This document shows, in pieces, positions 35,955 to 44,804 of a stretch of 64,000 nucleotides of DNA. The stretch is from an uncultured Planctomycetia bacterium. GTDB lineage: Bacteria; Omnitrophota; Gorgyraeia; 2-02-FULL-51-18. The DNA lies in assembly GCA_964606485.1 (NCBI GenBank), contig CAZSGP010000003.1, positions 130,481 through 194,480 on the forward strand. The letters run 5' to 3'. Below the pieces are notes generated by a model. It ran no database searches and had not been told where the DNA came from. It saw only the letters and a program-made list of their open reading frames with translations. Numbering within the stretch: the first letter of the stretch is position 1; every line of letters starts with the position of its first letter. The translations under genes and the position numbers were made by a program.

Positions 35955-37169
35955 ATGACTCTTCTGACGATTTCTTCGTTAGCCCTGATCGCCGCTTCAA
36001 TTGTGGCGATTTTTTTTATGTGGAGTTTCAAAAAAAGCGCCCGAGAAAGTTCGGTCCTTATTGAATCCCAACTCCAGAAACTTTCCGGTGAGCTTTCACA
36101 AAACCGCTCCGAGTCGTCCGTAGTGAGTCGTCAATTGCGTGAAGAGGTTGCAAACTCTTTCACCAATCTCACTCAGATCAACGAGGCGAAGCTTGAAAAC
36201 TTGCGCCAGTCGGTGGAGCATCGCCTCAAATCCCTGCAGGATGACAACTCACAAAAATTAGAACTGATGCGCTCAACAGTAGATGAAAAATTAAATTCTA
36301 CACTTGAAAAAAGACTTGGAGATTCTTTTAAAACAGTAAGAGATCAACTTGACCAGGTACACAGAGGTCTTGGGGAAATGCAGGCGCTAGCGTCAGGAGT
36401 GGGGGATTTAAAAAAAGTTCTGACGAATGTAAAGGTGCGAGGGACTCTCGGAGAGGTTCAGTTGGAAGCTATTTTAGAGCAATTTTTATCGCCAGAGCAG
36501 TACGGTAAAAATGTATCCACCAAAGAAGGCTCGCGTGAGAATGTGGAGTTTGCAGTTAAATTTCCGGGTTCGCGGGAAGGGGAGCCGGTCTGGCTTCCGA
36601 TTGATGCTAAGTTTCCCGTGGAGGATTACCAGCGTCTCATGGAGGCTCAGGAAAATGCGGATGCTGATAAAATTGAAGAATGTCAAAAGGCGCTGGAGAA
36701 CCGAATTAAAAGCGAAGCTAAAGACATTCGAGATAAATACATTAACCCTCCATTTACAACCGACTTTGCGATTCTTTTTTTGCCGTTCGAGGGCTTATTT
36801 GCAGAAGTGTTGAGACGGCCCGGCCTTTACGAATCTATTCAGCGAAATTTTAACACCACAATCGCAGGTCCAACGACAATCGCGGCTATTTTAATCGGGT
36901 TTCAGATGGGCTTTAAAACGCTTGCGATTGAAAAAAGATCTAGCGAAGTTTGGGGGCTCCTCAGCCAAGTCAAATCAGAATTTGGAAAATTTGGCGATGT
37001 GCTGGATCGAGCGAATAAGCAGCTGCGGACGGTGGCAGACACAATGGAATCTGCCACGCGCAAAACAAGAACCATTGAAAGACGCCTAAAAGAAGTTCAA
37101 GTTCTTCCGACGCTCGCCGACGAAAGCCTTTTGGTTGCCGACGAAACTGAAATGGAAATTAATCCTTAA
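35955..37169 (+). CDS. rmuC: DNA recombination protein RmuC
   Basis: N-terminal transmembrane helix, a long coiled coil, and a C-terminal RmuC nuclease-like region ('FAILFLPFEGLFAEVL'). Confidence 0.75.
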   Translation: MTLLTISSLALIAASIVAIFFMWSFKKSARESSVLIESQLQKLSGELSQNRSESSVVSRQLREEVANSFTNLTQINEAKLENLRQSVEHRLKSLQDDNSQKLELMRSTVDEKLNSTLEKRLGDSFKTVRDQLDQVHRGLGEMQALASGVGDLKKVLTNVKVRGTLGEVQLEAILEQFLSPEQYGKNVSTKEGSRENVEFAVKFPGSREGEPVWLPIDAKFPVEDYQRLMEAQENADADKIEECQKALENRIKSEAKDIRDKYINPPFTTDFAILFLPFEGLFAEVLRRPGLYESIQRNFNTTIAGPTTIAAILIGFQMGFKTLAIEKRSSEVWGLLSQVKSEFGKFGDVLDRANKQLRTVADTMESATRKTRTIERRLKEVQVLPTLADESLLVADETEMEINP

Positions 37170-37303
37170 ATTCTATTGCAGTAAAATATTTTTTTGATAT
37201 ACTGATCCGTAATGGCTCAACTCATTGAGATAAATGCAGCCCGCAATTCATCTCAATTCCCGCCGCAAGATACCACCAAACATTTTAAAACTTTTTTTCT
37301 GAG

Positions 37304-38131
37304 ATGCGCCTTATGAGCAAACTCATTGAAACGCTAAGAGCGAGCGCTCAAGAATTTACGAAGCGTCAAACCAAAGACTCAACTGTCTCCAACGCCCAAA
37401 AAACTCAGTACGAGTTAACACAAGAGCAGTTGGCCGATATCTATTTTTCTAATACTCAAAAAACTCAAAAATCAGAGATGCCGATGGTGATCAAGGTCAT
37501 TGAAAAGTCTAAACCGTCGGCTTCGATTGGTCCGTGGATTATCAGTTTGATCGCTATCATAATCACAGCGTTCAGTCTTTTTTCTTCGAAGCGCGTTTTT
37601 GTAGACATTAAGGTTATTGATGATCGCGCCATGTACGCGCCATCTAGTTACGATTCATCTATTTATGGGCGGGGAGATGTATCTCGATCTGCACCACGGA
37701 ACCTTAGTCCGGCAGATTTTTGGTTTGAGGGTGCCGCTCTATTAAAAAGTTCAAAATCCAAAGATCTTTTGACGCTATCCAATAGCTCCGTTGCTAGTTT
37801 TGCCAAAGCGGCAACATCGTTTGAGCCTCCGCTCAATCTCACGACCTCTAAGCTTTGTTTTATGGTGAAGGGTGTGAAGGGCCAAGAAAATATTGCAGTA
37901 GCCATGAAAGACCGAGAAAATCGCACGGCTTTCCCAAAAGGAAAATTTTACCCTTATCCAACCGGACTCACCAATGACTGGCAAAGAGTTGAAATTAGCT
38001 CCCAGGATTTTTTAAGCGAGTTTGATTCTAAGAATATTACAGGGCTGCGCTTTGAGTTTGGCACCAAGGAAATTGGCAATAAACCGGGCGACTCGATTTT
38101 AATCAAGGATCTTCATATCGAAACCCCATAA
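37304..38131 (+). CDS. Membrane-anchored hypothetical protein with a C-terminal beta-rich (possibly CBM-like) domain
   Basis: One transmembrane helix (~residues 75-95). The stop codon lies 2 nt before the ParA-like gene, so the two are probably co-transcribed. Confidence 0.45.
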   Translation: MRLMSKLIETLRASAQEFTKRQTKDSTVSNAQKTQYELTQEQLADIYFSNTQKTQKSEMPMVIKVIEKSKPSASIGPWIISLIAIIITAFSLFSSKRVFVDIKVIDDRAMYAPSSYDSSIYGRGDVSRSAPRNLSPADFWFEGAALLKSSKSKDLLTLSNSSVASFAKAATSFEPPLNLTTSKLCFMVKGVKGQENIAVAMKDRENRTAFPKGKFYPYPTGLTNDWQRVEISSQDFLSEFDSKNITGLRFEFGTKEIGNKPGDSILIKDLHIETP

Positions 38132-38133
38132 AA

Positions 38134-39213
38134 ATGCATATTATCGCAATTTCCAATCAAAAAGGGGGGTGCGGTAAAACGACAGCCGCGATAAACATCG
38201 CGGCGAGCCTCGCGTCTCTTGGCAAAAAAACTCTTCTTGTCGATCTAGATCCTCAAGCCCACGCAACTTTCGGAGTGGGCATTCGTACCGAAAACCTAGA
38301 AGGTTCTATATACAACGTTCTTACGCTTCAAGAGGAGCGCCGGAAACCTTTCCTAGAAGATGTGATCATGCCCATTGAAGATAATTTAGACATAGCGCCC
38401 TCACACGTGCTTCTAACGACGATCGAGCAAGAGTTTACAAATAGAGATGAGTCGGTTTCTCGGCTTCACGAGGTTTTTTTAGGACTTTCGTTTCCTTATG
38501 ACTACGTCGTTATTGACTGCCCGCCTAGCCTTGGATTTTTAACGTTCAACGCGCTTCGTGCAGCTCGTACGGTGATTGTGCCGGTAGAGCTTGGTTCATT
38601 CTCATTGATGGGCGTCACTAAATTACTTAGTATGGCCGAGCTATTGCGAGTAAAACTATCTCACACGCCCCGAATTTTTGCACTTCCATCCCTTGTGGAT
38701 ATGAGAACGCGTTTTGCTAAGCATATGCTCAGCGAAATTCGATCCGCATTCGGAGAAAATGTTTTTGATAGCACCATTCGCCAAACTATTTCAGTCAAAG
38801 AATCTCAGGCGAAGGGCGTGTCTCTGTTTCGATATGACCGAAAATCAAAGGGAGCTCTTGATTTTCTGCTTTTAGCGCAAGAGATTCTAGGCAAGACAGG
38901 CGGCAAAATAGATGAATCAACCGCGCTCGCAAACCCAGAATCGCTTCCCTCGCAACGCTTAAAAGATTTTATTGTGAAGGTTCAGGGTGCGCGTGAAGTG
39001 CACATTGTTGGAGATTTTAACAACTGGAGAATGTCCGATCAGTCTTTGTTGTGGCAAAAAGAAGAGGGGCTCTGGCAAAAAAGAGTGTTCTTGGAACCGG
39101 GAAAATATCGGTACAAATTTATTATTGACGGTCAATGGACCACTGATCCTTCGAATGACTTTCTAGAGTCCAACCCTTACGGGGGCGTCGATTCCGTTCT
39201 TGAAATCCAGTAA
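38134..39213 (+). CDS. ParA/MinD-family ATPase fused to a C-terminal CBM48/AMPK-beta glycogen-binding module
   Basis: Deviant Walker A 'NQKGGCGKTTAAINIA'. The C-terminus 'VHIVGDFNNWRMSD...GKYRYKFIIDGQWTTDPSN' closely matches the AMPK1_CBM/CBM48 signature (GSFNNW...G.Y.YKF.VDGQW..DP). Confidence 0.8.
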   Translation: MHIIAISNQKGGCGKTTAAINIAASLASLGKKTLLVDLDPQAHATFGVGIRTENLEGSIYNVLTLQEERRKPFLEDVIMPIEDNLDIAPSHVLLTTIEQEFTNRDESVSRLHEVFLGLSFPYDYVVIDCPPSLGFLTFNALRAARTVIVPVELGSFSLMGVTKLLSMAELLRVKLSHTPRIFALPSLVDMRTRFAKHMLSEIRSAFGENVFDSTIRQTISVKESQAKGVSLFRYDRKSKGALDFLLLAQEILGKTGGKIDESTALANPESLPSQRLKDFIVKVQGAREVHIVGDFNNWRMSDQSLLWQKEEGLWQKRVFLEPGKYRYKFIIDGQWTTDPSNDFLESNPYGGVDSVLEIQ

Positions 39214-39742
39214 ACTACCGTACAAGATTGTTGAATCCAGCACGCATTACAACGGGCACATCATCCAGCTTCGGAAAGACCGTTTCACCTTAAACGCCGT
39301 TCCCGGAAAGATTGTGACGCGCGAACTCGTGGTCCACCCTGGGGCGGTTGTGATTTTGCCGTTTATAGATAAAAACAAAATTGTTCTAATTAGGCAATTC
39401 CGCTATGCCGCAAAAGGGGATTTGTGGGAAATTCCGGCGGGGACTTTGGAGGCAGGCGAGAACCCGCTCGTTTGCGCGAAGCGTGAACTCGAAGAAGAGA
39501 TTGGTTTTAAAGCTAAAAAATTTAAGCTTCTGACACGCTTTTTCTCTGCCCCCGGAATTAGCGATGAGGTGATGACTCTTTACTCTGCCCACCAACTTTA
39601 CCCGGGACTTAAAAACCTGGATCACGACGAATGGATAGAGCACCGTATTACACCCCTTAAAGATGCGCTTCGAATGATTCGCACCGGTCAGATCAAAGAC
39701 GCAAAAACCATCATAGGAATTCTTTGGGTTTCCCAATTTTAA
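39200..39742 (+). CDS. NUDIX hydrolase (ADP-ribose pyrophosphatase-like)
   Basis: Nudix box 'GTLEAGENPLVCAKRELEEEIGF'. TTG start. Confidence 0.8.
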   Translation: MKSSKLPYKIVESSTHYNGHIIQLRKDRFTLNAVPGKIVTRELVVHPGAVVILPFIDKNKIVLIRQFRYAAKGDLWEIPAGTLEAGENPLVCAKRELEEEIGFKAKKFKLLTRFFSAPGISDEVMTLYSAHQLYPGLKNLDHDEWIEHRITPLKDALRMIRTGQIKDAKTIIGILWVSQF

Positions 39743-40245
39743 AAGTCCGCGCGCTAACCGCTCTTGCGGTGATCGGATTTACGGCAGCGGCCTACGCCTC
39801 TGATCGCCGTGAAGTCACGGTGCGCCGAACCGTCGACGGAGACACCTTCGAAACAACCAATCGAGAAAAAATTCGTTTCATCGGAATCAACTGCCCGGAA
39901 TATCAACCCCAAAACAATAAAGTAGACCCCTACGGCAAAGAAGCGGCGGATTTTCTTAAAAAAATTTTAACCCGTAAGAAAGTTTTTTTGGAGTCTGACG
40001 TAGAGCCTCGAGATAAATACACTCGGACACTGGCTTACGTCTACGACGAGAATGGACGCTTCATTAATCAGCTCTTGGTTGAAGAGGGGTATGCCCGCGC
40101 AAAAGCCTATCCACCCAATCTGAAGCATCAAAATCTATTCAAAGAAGCGGAAGCAACTGCCCAAGAACAGCAAAAGGGGCTTTGGGATCGCAGAAAGAAT
40201 TCTGCTATGCGTTCCTGGCTTGATAAATTTCTGCCAAGAGCTTAG
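39724..40245 (+). CDS. Secreted thermonuclease (SNase-like)
   Basis: 'VDGDTFET...IRFIGINCPE' and an 'LVEEGYARA' SNase fold. Signal peptide present. Confidence 0.75.
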   Translation: MGFPILKVRALTALAVIGFTAAAYASDRREVTVRRTVDGDTFETTNREKIRFIGINCPEYQPQNNKVDPYGKEAADFLKKILTRKKVFLESDVEPRDKYTRTLAYVYDENGRFINQLLVEEGYARAKAYPPNLKHQNLFKEAEATAQEQQKGLWDRRKNSAMRSWLDKFLPRA

Positions 40246-40268
40246 AATATTCAAAACAAAGGAGTTGC

Positions 40269-40790
40269 GTGCTCAGGGAAGCAAAAATTTCTTCAGTAGT
40301 GTCACTATTTCCGCTCCCTCAGTACGTGGTGGTTCTCGAGGATCTTCAGAGAACAAGGCTTGTGCCTATTTGGATTGGCGTCAGCGAGGGAAATGCTATT
40401 GCCCTTGAAATGCAGGGGGAGAAATTTCCGCGACCCTTGACGCACGACTTGATTTTGAATTTTTTAACAGCCCTAAACGCTAAGGTTGCTAAAGTAGTTA
40501 TTAGTGATCTCAAAGATAATAGCTACTACGCGCTCATCACCCTTGAATCTGGGGGCAAGGCGCTAGAGATTGATGCGCGGCCCTCTGATTCGCTGGCGAT
40601 TGCAGTGCGGGCAAAATGCCCGATATTTATTGAAGATAAAGTTTTGAAAAAATGTCCCAAAATTGAGAACACCATCAGTGAAGGGGAAATTGAAAATTTT
40701 AAAGAAGAGCTGAAGACGATGTCCCCGGAAGATTTTTTTAAGAAGCTCGAAGAAGAGCCTTTCGACGAAGATGAAAACGAAGAACAATAA
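40269..40790 (+). CDS. Bifunctional nuclease (DUF151/BFN domain) with an acidic C-terminal tail
   Basis: 'VVVLEDLQRTRLVPIWIGVSEGNAIALEMQGEKFPRPLTHDLI' is the BFN signature. Confidence 0.75.
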   Translation: MLREAKISSVVSLFPLPQYVVVLEDLQRTRLVPIWIGVSEGNAIALEMQGEKFPRPLTHDLILNFLTALNAKVAKVVISDLKDNSYYALITLESGGKALEIDARPSDSLAIAVRAKCPIFIEDKVLKKCPKIENTISEGEIENFKEELKTMSPEDFFKKLEEEPFDEDENEEQ

Positions 40791-40803
40791 GGAGAAACGC
40801 CGA

Positions 40804-41187
40804 ATGATCAGCAAAAAGAGTTTATTTTTTATAATGTTTGCGGCTGCTTTAGTTGTATTTTCAGATGCATATGCATTTGCTGAAGAAGCAATGACGATTC
40901 CGGGAGAGCGCGTTGATTACGGAACGGGTGTTGGAAAAAAATTAGGTCGCGGACTTTCTAATGCGGCATTCGGTTGGATGGATGTCTTGAAGGGTATTGA
41001 AGATGTGGGTGACAACCAAAATTTTATTGCGGGAATCACTTGGGGACCCATCTACGGGGCGGGTCGCGCTATCCAGAGAACCGCGGCGGGGGTTGTTGAA
41101 GTAGCCACGTTTCCAATCCCGGCTCCAAACAACAATTTTGAGCCTCTTGTGAAGCCTGAGTTTGTCATGCAAGATGACGAGTCGTGA
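40804..41187 (+). CDS. Exosortase-system-associated small secreted protein (TIGR04073-like)
   Basis: Signal peptide. 'KKLGRGLSNAAFGWMDV' resembles the family's KL.RG..N...GW.E motif. Moderate confidence. Confidence 0.45.
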   Translation: MISKKSLFFIMFAAALVVFSDAYAFAEEAMTIPGERVDYGTGVGKKLGRGLSNAAFGWMDVLKGIEDVGDNQNFIAGITWGPIYGAGRAIQRTAAGVVEVATFPIPAPNNNFEPLVKPEFVMQDDES

Positions 41188-42760
41188 GACTTGGGAAGCG
41201 GAAAACGGTCTAAGCGTTCACGCAGAGTTTCTCGAGCCGCTTGCTGATGCGCTCGCCGAGCGCTGGTGCGAGCTATACCTGGTTTCGTTTGGCCGATACG
41301 CTTTCTTTTCGAAGCAGCGTGTAGAAAAAATCTTTAAAGAGCTTACTCAACTTTTCATTTCCTCGCTCAAAGGAAAAAATCTAGACTTCTACTTTGAGAA
41401 CCTGCAAGAAAAGGGCCGTATTTTTTCTAGTCTCGGCGTCCCTTTTGAAGAGGTGATTATTTCAATGCATCTTTTCGAAGAGACTTGCACCGAACAATTC
41501 CTATCGTCTTATCCTCAACGCTCGAAGCTTCCTGAAATGATTTTGGCTATGGAAGCCCTACAGAGCGAAGCGCTGTCGGTTCTTGCCAGTAGTTATTTTG
41601 AGGCTAGCAAAGAACACTTACTTAAAATTAGCGAATCTCTAAAAGAGGAAAACGAATCCCTAAAAGCGGAGGCGTCTCAACTGCGCGAATCTTTTTTTGG
41701 ATCCGCCAAACGAGATCTATCTTCCATGCAGCTTGTCATTAGCGGCCTAAGCCAAAAACTTAAAAACCGAGCATCCGCCTTGAGCCGAGTTCAAAAAATA
41801 TCGGAATCCCTGGAAAACGAATCGGACCCGGAGCGTCTAATGTTGATTGCGTCAAATCAGCTCAAGCATTTGCTGCCGCGAAACTCCGAGGTCATTTTTG
41901 GATGGCTCGACGAATCAAAAAACAAAGTGAATACCTATTGCCAGGATGCTGTAGATCCGCGACAAGTTCAAATGACCGCATCATTTTTTTCTTCAGAATT
42001 TATGAATGATTTTCGGGAATTATTGTTTCGTCCGGATGCGCGATACGCCCATTTCCAGGACCCGCGCAGCATTCCTCTTAGTGTTCGACAAGTTCTAGGA
42101 ATCAAGCCTCCATGGGATTTTTTTGTAGTTCCTATCAGGCTTTATCAGGAGTCGACCGGTTTTATTATTTTGGCGGCAGGTGCGTCGGATTTTTTTTGCA
42201 AGGGCACGCATAAGTTTTTCTGGAGATCTTGTCAAAGCGTCTCAAAAGCATTGACCACCGCGAAACTGTTTGGCGTTCAAAAAAAACAAGATGAATTTGA
42301 AATGATCTTAGACCGGCTCAAAGGCGAAAAGCATTTGCAGCAACCCATTGAAACGACGCTCGATTTTTGCCTTGGTTCTTTAATTAAGCTTTTGGGTGCC
42401 GAACGCTCATCGCTGATGCGCTATGACGAATCTGAAAAATCCCTGAAGGTTTGCGCAGCCAAAGGTTATAAAGTTTATCCGATCTCCGGCTCCTCTATTC
42501 GTTGGGGGGAGGGCGTTGCGGGTCTAGCGCTTAAGGAGAGTAAAATTATTTCGATTGCACGAATGCACGAGCCGCAGACTAAAAATTCATCAGAGATTAA
42601 AGTAAAATCCCTTTTATGCGTTCCGCTTCACGATATGAGCGTCCCTATAGGTGTCGTGAACATTTCGACCATTAATTTTTATAAAAACTTTGACCGTGCA
42701 GAAGTGGACATGGTTCAAAAAATTGCCGCACGCCTTTCGGGCCTCCTAAAAGAATTTTAA
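41162..42760 (+). CDS. GAF-domain protein with a long helical N-terminal region
   Basis: C-terminal GAF: 'LGAERSSLMRYDESEKSLKVCAAKGY...GEGVAGLALKE...LCVPLH'. No output domain. Confidence 0.6.
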   Translation: MSCKMTSRETWEAENGLSVHAEFLEPLADALAERWCELYLVSFGRYAFFSKQRVEKIFKELTQLFISSLKGKNLDFYFENLQEKGRIFSSLGVPFEEVIISMHLFEETCTEQFLSSYPQRSKLPEMILAMEALQSEALSVLASSYFEASKEHLLKISESLKEENESLKAEASQLRESFFGSAKRDLSSMQLVISGLSQKLKNRASALSRVQKISESLENESDPERLMLIASNQLKHLLPRNSEVIFGWLDESKNKVNTYCQDAVDPRQVQMTASFFSSEFMNDFRELLFRPDARYAHFQDPRSIPLSVRQVLGIKPPWDFFVVPIRLYQESTGFIILAAGASDFFCKGTHKFFWRSCQSVSKALTTAKLFGVQKKQDEFEMILDRLKGEKHLQQPIETTLDFCLGSLIKLLGAERSSLMRYDESEKSLKVCAAKGYKVYPISGSSIRWGEGVAGLALKESKIISIARMHEPQTKNSSEIKVKSLLCVPLHDMSVPIGVVNISTINFYKNFDRAEVDMVQKIAARLSGLLKEF

Positions 42761-44802
42761 TGCCTGAAAACATAGCCCCTAAAAAATATATTCTAAAATC
42801 TTCGCCTGGGCCTGAGTCCTTTAAAATTGATTATGCAAAGGAGTTGAACGCTGAGCAACTGGAAGTCATTCGCAAGGCCGAGGGAGCTTGTCTCGTGCTT
42901 GCGGGAGCCGGTAGCGGAAAAACGAGAACCCTAATTTATAGGGTAGCTTATTTGCTGGAAAAAGGAGTTCACCCGGAAGAGATTCTGCTTGTCACGTTTA
43001 CCAACAAGGCCGCTCAAGAGATGCGCTCGCGAGTGGAGGCGCTTCTCAAAGGGGAGGCAAAAGGGCTTTGGTGTGGGACCTTTCACCACATCGGCAACCG
43101 GGTGCTTCGTCGATACGGCAAGTCGATGGGGCTGAGTGAAGATTTTGGGATTTTGGATGAAGAAGATAGCCGCGATCTCATTAAAGCGTGCATGAAATCT
43201 CTCGAAATTTCATCTACTAAAAACGCTTTTCCAAAACCTTCAGCGGTTCAATCGCTGCTAAGCTTCGCGGCTAACACGCGCTTAAAAACAGGGGATGCTC
43301 TCGCTAAACACGCGCCTCACTTTTTAAGCTTTTCATCTAGCTTTGAAAAAATTCGAGTTTTGTATGAAGAAAAAAAACGCAAAACAAACAATCTTGATTA
43401 CGATGACCTGATCTTGAGATGGATCGAGCTTTTAGAAAAATCTCCGGAGGTGCGTGAGCGCTTGACGCGTCAATTCCGCTACTGTCTAGTTGATGAATAT
43501 CAAGATACGAATCGCCTCCAAAATGAGGTGATTCGAATTTTATCTAGTCATCATAAAAATATTCTCGTAGTTGGTGATGATGCGCAATCAATTTATTCGT
43601 TTCGCGGAGCGGAAATTAGAAATATCTTGGATTTTCCGGAGGTTTATTCCGGATCTAAAATTTTTAAATTGGAAACCAATTATCGCTCCGTAAAACCAAT
43701 TCTGGATCTTGCCAACGAAAGTATCCGCAACAATGTGCATCAATTCCCCAAAACACTTAAAACGGTTCTGACTAGTGGCAAGGTTCCTCAATTTGTGCGG
43801 GTGCGCGACGGCCGACAAGAGGCTCGTTTTGTGGTTCAGCGGATTCAGGAAATGGTAGATTCGGGGATTGATCTAAATCAGATCGCCGTTTTATTCCGCG
43901 CTCATTATCAGGCCGCAGAACTCGAAATGGAATTAGCCAAAAGTGGTATTAACTACATCGTTCGTGGGGGCGTTCGTTTTTTTGAGCAAGCGCACATCAA
44001 AGATGTCCTCGCTTATTTGAGGCTCGTGCAAAATCCAATGGATGAGATTGCCTGGATCCGAGCCTTAACGCTTTATCCTGGGATAGGCGGTGTTTCTGCG
44101 GAAAAAATTTTCCGCTTAATTGAGCAATCTTCTGGGAATCTAGAGAAAATTCTAGCACCTGGATTTGAGTCTGCTATGCCATCCAAAGCCAGGGAAAGCT
44201 TTCTATCATTCAAGAAAACACTTAAAAGTTTATCCAAGGACGTAGCGCTTGACCGTCCGGACTCGCTCATCGAAACAGTTCTTGAAAAAGGTTACAACCA
44301 ACACGTTCTCTTGAATTTTGAAAACGCACAAGAGCGGCTTGAAGATTTGAGAGAGCTTGTTAACTTCGCTCACACGTATAAATCTCTCAAAAGTTTTTTA
44401 TCGGATACGGCTTTGCGAGAGGGTTTTGCTGGGGAATCGTTCGCTAACGCAAGCGCACAGGATGAGGCGGTGGAGCAGCTGGTTTTATCAACCATTCACC
44501 AAGCCAAGGGTCTTGAGTGGAAAGCGGTTTTTGTGATTCGATTGTCCGAAGGTCAGTTTCCTCACGCAAAAGCAATGGACAATGAAATCCAGATCGAAGA
44601 AGAACGGCGCTTGTTTTACGTTGCTTCCACCCGCGCTAAAGAGGAGTTGATTCTGGTTCACCCCATGACCCGTTATGACTATAATGTCGGCACGGTGATC
44701 TCAAGAGAATCGCCGTTTGTCGCCGAACTTTCTCACCGACTCTATGAAGAGTTGGAGATCGAGGAAGAGGCGGAGCAAGAAGAAACGATCTACCTGGATT
44801 AA
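42760..44802 (+). CDS. UvrD/PcrA-family ATP-dependent DNA helicase
   Basis: Walker A 'LVLAGAGSGKTRTL'. Helicase motifs 'VDEYQDTN', 'VGDDAQSIYSFRGA' and 'STIHQAKGLEW'. Confidence 0.9.
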   Translation: MPENIAPKKYILKSSPGPESFKIDYAKELNAEQLEVIRKAEGACLVLAGAGSGKTRTLIYRVAYLLEKGVHPEEILLVTFTNKAAQEMRSRVEALLKGEAKGLWCGTFHHIGNRVLRRYGKSMGLSEDFGILDEEDSRDLIKACMKSLEISSTKNAFPKPSAVQSLLSFAANTRLKTGDALAKHAPHFLSFSSSFEKIRVLYEEKKRKTNNLDYDDLILRWIELLEKSPEVRERLTRQFRYCLVDEYQDTNRLQNEVIRILSSHHKNILVVGDDAQSIYSFRGAEIRNILDFPEVYSGSKIFKLETNYRSVKPILDLANESIRNNVHQFPKTLKTVLTSGKVPQFVRVRDGRQEARFVVQRIQEMVDSGIDLNQIAVLFRAHYQAAELEMELAKSGINYIVRGGVRFFEQAHIKDVLAYLRLVQNPMDEIAWIRALTLYPGIGGVSAEKIFRLIEQSSGNLEKILAPGFESAMPSKARESFLSFKKTLKSLSKDVALDRPDSLIETVLEKGYNQHVLLNFENAQERLEDLRELVNFAHTYKSLKSFLSDTALREGFAGESFANASAQDEAVEQLVLSTIHQAKGLEWKAVFVIRLSEGQFPHAKAMDNEIQIEEERRLFYVASTRAKEELILVHPMTRYDYNVGTVISRESPFVAELSHRLYEELEIEEEAEQEETIYLD

Positions 44803-44804
44803 AC

